The position numbers and the translations under genes are program-made. The notes under the pieces are model-generated. The model made no database searches and was not told the DNA's origin. It saw only the letters and a program-made list of their open reading frames with translations. A stretch of 64,000 bases of DNA from Candidatus Bathyarchaeota archaeon (lineage in GTDB: Archaea; Thermoproteota; Bathyarchaeia; 40CM-2-53-6; RBG-13-38-9), in the NCBI GenBank assembly GCA_963807605.1, contig CAWECG010000003.1:224001-288000 (forward strand). The letters run 5' to 3'. Shown here piece after piece: positions 59,183-64,000 of this stretch. Positions within the stretch are counted from its first letter, which is position 1, and each line of letters opens with the position of its first letter.

Positions 59183-60292
59183 TTAGACGACGGTTAACTC
59201 AGTTGGATATTTCGTCAGGGGTCTGCAGCCATTCTTGGTTATAACTACAACATCCTCTATCCTTATGCCGAGTCTACCTGGAACGTATAGCCCCGGCTCT
59301 ATGCTGAAGGCCATGCCTTGTTCAAGCGTGGTCTTATCGCCTTCGCGTATGTATGGGGACTCATGTACCTCCAAACCGACGCCGTGACCAGTTCTGTGAA
59401 CAAGATACTTGCCATATCCCGCCTTCATAATGGCTCTCCTAGCTATGTGATCGATGGTCCCAGCAGCCACTCCTGGACGAACAGTGTTTATCGCCTCTTC
59501 GTGTGCCTCACGAACCGCATCATAGATTCTGCCCATCTTTGAGGCTAATCTTTTGACTACAAGTGTCCTTGTAAAGTCGGCGCAGTAACGGCCATATGTG
59601 GCTCCAAGGTCAAAGACAACGAAGTCGCCTTCTCTAATCTTCCTATCGCTGCTTGTATGATGTGGGAAGGCACCATTCGGTCCTGAACCCACAATAGTCT
59701 CAAAGGCTGTTCCCTCGGAGCCTCTTACACGCATCTCATACTCAAGTCGAGCGGTTAACTCAAACTCCCTCTTTCCTCCTCTTAGTTCAGGAAGCGTCGT
59801 TTCCAGTGCTATTTCGGAAAGCTTTGCTGCTTTCTCCATAAGACCGATCTCATTCTCCGACTTGTATATCCTCATCTGGTTCAGTATTGTTGAAGTTGAT
59901 GTGAATCTGGCCTTTGGCGCAGCCTCCTGAAAGAGTCTGAAACTGCTCACTGGTAGCCGATCATGAACCGCAATGTTTCCGGTGAGCAATCGGAACTCAC
60001 GAAGTATCTTCTTGAGTTGGTTCATCAACTTGATGTTTTCAGCCCATATCCTGACATTCTTTATCCAAGATTCCGTCTTGACCTGACCGGCGTAGAGCTT
60101 TGGGACTATGAACAATGGAGGATCCGTTTGCGAGATTATGCAAAGAAGCAGTCGTTCAAGTGGGGCTGTCCAGAATCCTGTCAAGTAATACATGTCCGCC
60201 GAAGGGGAGAGACAAAGCGCATCAACACCCTTTTCATCCATTACCTTCTTTGCTCGAAGGCAGCGTTCTCTGAATTCGTCTTGGCTTATCAT
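59183..60292 (-). CDS. Xaa-Pro peptidase (M24B)
   Basis: PHH, DLG, DFTRT, HRTGHGVGLEVHE, EPG, RIED. Confidence 0.93.
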   Translation of the reverse strand: MISQDEFRERCLRAKKVMDEKGVDALCLSPSADMYYLTGFWTAPLERLLLCIISQTDPPLFIVPKLYAGQVKTESWIKNVRIWAENIKLMNQLKKILREFRLLTGNIAVHDRLPVSSFRLFQEAAPKARFTSTSTILNQMRIYKSENEIGLMEKAAKLSEIALETTLPELRGGKREFELTARLEYEMRVRGSEGTAFETIVGSGPNGAFPHHTSSDRKIREGDFVVFDLGATYGRYCADFTRTLVVKRLASKMGRIYDAVREAHEEAINTVRPGVAAGTIDHIARRAIMKAGYGKYLVHRTGHGVGLEVHESPYIREGDKTTLEQGMAFSIEPGLYVPGRLGIRIEDVVVITKNGCRPLTKYPTELTVV

Positions 60293-60380
60293 TTGTCAAT
60301 CCTATCCTAGCTTGTCCAGTAATAGGCATCGCCTTGTCGCAGGCATAGGCGTAATCTGCATAGTGTGAGGCATCAGCTCG

Positions 60381-60614
60381 TCATCGAAGATATCTACTTA
60401 ATACGAAAAGGAGCAGGGACACTATAGAAATTATGATGAGTATTGGTGAGGTTGCGAAGTAAAAGTTGTCGCTTCGGTAGGTCCACCAGATTATTGGTGG
60501 AATCTTCTCGAGAGACGGGAAGGATCTAGAGACAACCGGGATCATAATCAATAGGAATCCGAGAAGGATGAGGAGTAAACCAAGTACTGTAAATGCCCCG
60601 TATTCTTCCGGCAT
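60381..60614 (-). CDS. Small two-TM membrane protein
   Basis: Two hydrophobic helices, FYFATSPI. Confidence 0.65.
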   Translation of the reverse strand: MPEEYGAFTVLGLLLILLGFLLIMIPVVSRSFPSLEKIPPIIWWTYRSDNFYFATSPILIIISIVSLLLFVLSRYLR

Positions 60615-60888
60615 TCTCTACACCTTTCCTGGTTCATTCTGTGACGTTTACTCTTGCGGATCGGTGGGCTCAGACTTGCTCTGACTATCCCACATTATCT
60701 TCTGTACTCCTAATCTATATATGCAGACGATCATAGAGTCATCGTTGAGCCTAAAAAAGACGAGAAAGCGCAGGAAGGCGTAAAAGCGTAAAGTAAAAGT
60801 CATCAAAGCAAGAATAAGAGATAATATGGATAGATTTTTAGTAATCCATACTGAGCTCTGGAGAATCGCTTACTCACGTCGGACTGTC

Positions 60889-60950
60889 TTATCCCTTAAG
60901 GGATAAACCTTTATCCTTAAAGGGATAATTACTTATCCCAAAGGGGATAA
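60889..60950. promoter_or_regulatory. Three 18-bp palindromes TTATCC-N6-GGATAA at 22-bp period, putative operator
   Basis: 60889-60906, 60911-60928 and 60933-60950; ATG at 60953. Confidence 0.8.
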
Positions 60951-60952
60951 AC

Positions 60953-61564
60953 ATGGAGTCGCCGCTGTCGAAAACAGATATAGCGATACTAAAGTTCCTC
61001 ACAGCCAACTTGACCAAGGACTTCACGATTCTAAAGATAGCTGAGAATACTGGCAAGACCATTAGGCTAACTTACGCAGCGGTTAGGAAACTCGTAGAGA
61101 GGAGAATCATCATCAGGGAGGAGAAAGCCAACCTTAAGCTATGCAGATTAAATCTCAAGTTACCTCAAATAATATCTTACGTTGAGTCTATTCGTTGGCA
61201 TGACTTTGCCAAAAAAAATGGAGAAGTCAATCTCGTCGTATCCGACATAATCGAAAAATCCAGTCTTCCTTATTTCACGATATTGGTCTTCGGTTCTTAT
61301 GCGAGAGGTGTTGCGACGAAAGCCTCAGATGTGGATCTTCTCATCATAATACCTGACAAGAAGTTCGAGGATATCTTTGAAGTAGCCGTCAAATCTGCCA
61401 AATCCCTTACCACAATTACATTACACCATATCATTGTGTCTTACCAAGAGTTTCTGGCGATGCTTAGTGAGAAGAAGACTAATGTAGCCAAGGAGGTTCT
61501 GGAAACAAGATACATAACTTACGGCGCAGAGCAATTCTACACTATAGTAGGACGAGGATTATGA
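60953..61564 (+). CDS. wHTH-MNT minimal nucleotidyltransferase (antitoxin-like)
   Basis: N-terminal HTH; FGSYARG...SDVDLL. Confidence 0.88.
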   Translation: MESPLSKTDIAILKFLTANLTKDFTILKIAENTGKTIRLTYAAVRKLVERRIIIREEKANLKLCRLNLKLPQIISYVESIRWHDFAKKNGEVNLVVSDIIEKSSLPYFTILVFGSYARGVATKASDVDLLIIIPDKKFEDIFEVAVKSAKSLTTITLHHIIVSYQEFLAMLSEKKTNVAKEVLETRYITYGAEQFYTIVGRGL

Positions 61565-62172
61565 TTGAGGAACGGAGAATCAAAGAAGCCGACAGGAACA
61601 TCAAACAATATCTCTCAGACGGACTGTTGAGAATCAAAGACGATAAACACAAGAAGTTTGCTCCATTTTTCATAGAACAGGCCGAGAAATCACTCCATAC
61701 AGCGAACTTGATCTACGATGTTTCAAGTACTGATGATACGAAACAGGCTCTCCGAATGGAGAAGTCATTTGAGTCATATATTTGGGTAATTGTAACCTCA
61801 TACTACTCGATGTTTTATGCTGCTCTAGCATTGCTTTCAAATGAGGGAATAAGAGTAGGCAACCAGATAGTTCACAAAGTGACTTCAGATGCTCTCATAC
61901 ATTTCTTTATATCCAATAGACGCCTAGCCAAGATGCTTGAAGATTATGAGGAAGTCCGAGATGCAACATTGCAGCTCATTGGAAGAGAGGAATTGATGAA
62001 GAGATTTGAGAAACGTGCCGACGAACTAATTATTTCCTACGAACAGGAGATGAAGAAAAGAAGCAGATTCCAATATGACACAGGTGAAATGGCAAGAAAG
62101 AGCTATGCAGAGACAAGCTTGAACCGAGCAAGAGAATTCTTCTCTGAAGTAAGAAAGATCCTGTCAGAATGA
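61561..62172 (+). CDS. HEPN domain protein (UPF0332-like)
   Basis: YYSMFYAALALL, HK, RSRFQY; ATGA overlap with the MNT gene. Confidence 0.85.
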   Translation: MIEERRIKEADRNIKQYLSDGLLRIKDDKHKKFAPFFIEQAEKSLHTANLIYDVSSTDDTKQALRMEKSFESYIWVIVTSYYSMFYAALALLSNEGIRVGNQIVHKVTSDALIHFFISNRRLAKMLEDYEEVRDATLQLIGREELMKRFEKRADELIISYEQEMKKRSRFQYDTGEMARKSYAETSLNRAREFFSEVRKILSE

Positions 62173-62855
62173 GTTTGCCGCCGGCCACTAATTCAATATT
62201 GATAGGTTATTCTAGCCTCAATACTGAGCTATGGGTCTAGGATGCATCTTCAATCGGTCTTATCCAGCACCTGACATTGAGCGTTTTCTGTCCCTGACTT
62301 TTCCTCACATGTCATATCGACTTCACGCATTATTTGCTGCTGTGTCAGGCTCCTTGTTCATCGCTTTCAATGGTTGATTCCGAATCTTGCCCCGCCTCAC
62401 GTTTGAGTTCTCGCTCAAACTCGTAGATACTCTGGTTCCTCTGCCCTGTTTCAGACAGGATCTCTTGCGCCTTCTCAGGCGTCTTCCAAATATCGTCTAG
62501 GTGCTCTCACTTCTTTCTCATCTTTTGCAACTCTGCATAGATATGGGTGAACAATCGAAACTGGAAGCGCTTCAGCTACTGGCTGGTTTGACTGAGAAGG
62601 CCTCTTCACCAAATTGTGTTAAGTCTGTCTTGAAGACTTGAAAGGGACTTTGGGAAGCGATAAGAAACGTCGACTTGATATCGAAGACAGTGTCAATTAT
62701 TTGGCCTGTCATTGAGCGATCGTGGTCGTAGCTTAGAATAATGCTCTTGCGGGCTGGCCTAATCCAAGCCAAGAATGATCGGATGTATGATCTCCGAGTT
62801 CATTCACTGCGCAAGTTCTTCATATTCAAAATGTACTTTCAATTTCTAATTATTT

Positions 62856-63542
62856 CTATTGAACTCCTAGCCATATAACAATTAAGAGAATAAAACCGAT
62901 AGTAGTCATTATGATTCCGAGGAGAAGGCTTGCCTTGGCCGCATTCGTGGTTAGCATCTTTCTGAAGTATAGCATAGCCTGCTTACTCGAAAAGGCCAAA
63001 AGAATTGCTGTTAGTGGAATAACAAAGATGATGTTGTATGCAAGTAGATACGCGACCTTGAAAGGTGAATCAGCTATGAGGGACAGGAACGTCATGTAGA
63101 TGCCTCCTGTACAAGCACATGGGAAGTTGTGAAGACCAATGAGAATACCTGCTGCCAAAACTGCGGGCACGCCGCCAAACTTCATGAAACGTACGGCCCT
63201 TGAGCTGAGTGTCTTTGAGATAGATTCGATTCTGAGTGGGATCGTTTCAGGTCGGAAATAATTGATTATGTTAGCCATGCCGACTAGCAGCATTCCAGTT
63301 GCAGCAATTCTAGCTAGAAAGTGAGGTATTGTTGGCAACGTGATGAAAAGCAAAGTTACTCCAAGCCCAACCATGAAGTAAGAGAAAAAAACACTGCTGA
63401 TGTAAATAGCCCCGTATCCCAAAATTACCTTGCGGTCGGTCTGAGTTGCATACATAAGGCTCAGGAATAAGCCCAGAAGCCCCAACGAACATATGTTTAG
63501 CCCGTCAGCGAGTCCCATAGGAATAAGAGGCAATGGGTTCAA
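62856..63542 (-). CDS. CcdA/DsbD-like transmembrane disulfide transporter
   Basis: GLADGLNIC, FPCACTGGIY, YNIIFVIPL. Confidence 0.75.
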   Translation of the reverse strand: MNPLPLIPMGLADGLNICSLGLLGLFLSLMYATQTDRKVILGYGAIYISSVFFSYFMVGLGVTLLFITLPTIPHFLARIAATGMLLVGMANIINYFRPETIPLRIESISKTLSSRAVRFMKFGGVPAVLAAGILIGLHNFPCACTGGIYMTFLSLIADSPFKVAYLLAYNIIFVIPLTAILLAFSSKQAMLYFRKMLTTNAAKASLLLGIIMTTIGFILLIVIWLGVQ

Positions 63543-63549
63543 CAGTACT

Positions 63550-63984
63550 CTATCCTCGTACGACTTTGATGATCCCTGTGTTAAGAAGAGTAATGCTTAC
63601 TTTGTTCCCTGACGAGAGACAGCCCTGCTCTGTCATGTCGTGCTTATAGTTGAAGTGTAATTCAGTCCCATCGGCGGCTATTATGATAGCAATGCAGTTG
63701 GTTAGACCAGCCTCCACTTGCCTACAGTTAGTGTCGGCTTTTACGATACCAGTCGTTTGACCTTTGAAGGGAACATTCTCGATCTTACCGTAGAATTCAT
63801 CATTACTTTGAGTAGACGAATTGAGCTTCTTAACGGGGTAGGCGCCTTTGCTTTCGTTAGACATGCTGCTCTCAGCGGGGGGTGCTTCCAGACGTTGAAT
63901 AGGAGGGTTAAGTTTACCACCCATATGTGATGTGGGCGATGGAATAAGGAAAGCAATTCCGCCTATGAGCACAACAAGAGTCAT
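63550..63984 (-). CDS. Secreted Cys-containing hypothetical protein (may extend past the window)
   Basis: N-terminal hydrophobic segment; DTNC...TNC...HDM...CL. Confidence 0.6.
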   Translation of the reverse strand: MTLVVLIGGIAFLIPSPTSHMGGKLNPPIQRLEAPPAESSMSNESKGAYPVKKLNSSTQSNDEFYGKIENVPFKGQTTGIVKADTNCRQVEAGLTNCIAIIIAADGTELHFNYKHDMTEQGCLSSGNKVSITLLNTGIIKVVRG

Positions 63985-64000
63985 TAGAATAAAAAGTCCG

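Noticed and set aside
60889-60950. Mini-CRISPR
   Set aside because: The 18-bp palindromes are separated by only 4 nt and abut a start codon; an operator explains them better.
62200-62830. Degraded ORF fragments on the minus strand
   Set aside because: Probably pseudogene debris, but no family could be recognised.

Overview
Archaeal chromosomal window, TACK-type and most likely Bathyarchaeia (inferred from EF-1alpha, uS7, uS10, pelota, archaeal CobT, PolB2 and BHB-intron tRNAs). 1-20 kb holds mostly housekeeping genes: cobalamin salvage genes with btuCD, transporters, and a RadA-like/arCOG07300/PolB2 operon divergent from a DUF72-SWIM gene. About 22.5-49.3 kb is a patchwork accessory region with two IS5-like elements, many single genes and several gene fragments. 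49.3-60.6 kb is core (tRNA-Leu with three introns, uS10, EF-1alpha, uS7, SRP RNA, ncsA, S2P, pelota, pyrH, tRNA-Val with an intron). The window ends with an MNT-HEPN module under a triple palindromic operator and a CcdA-like gene. The most striking unexplained signal is the palindrome AGCGCGCGCT. It occurs 13 times intact between 24.0 and 46.2 kb (about 0.06 expected in 64 kb at uniform composition), plus many variants. It sits at junctions between cargo genes, on stop codons and at the breakpoints of truncated genes, and both IS elements are inserted in GCGC-type sites. This suggests an undescribed GCGC-box gene-cassette, insertion-hotspot or transposon-footprint system. All calls come from reading the sequence; no database searches were run.
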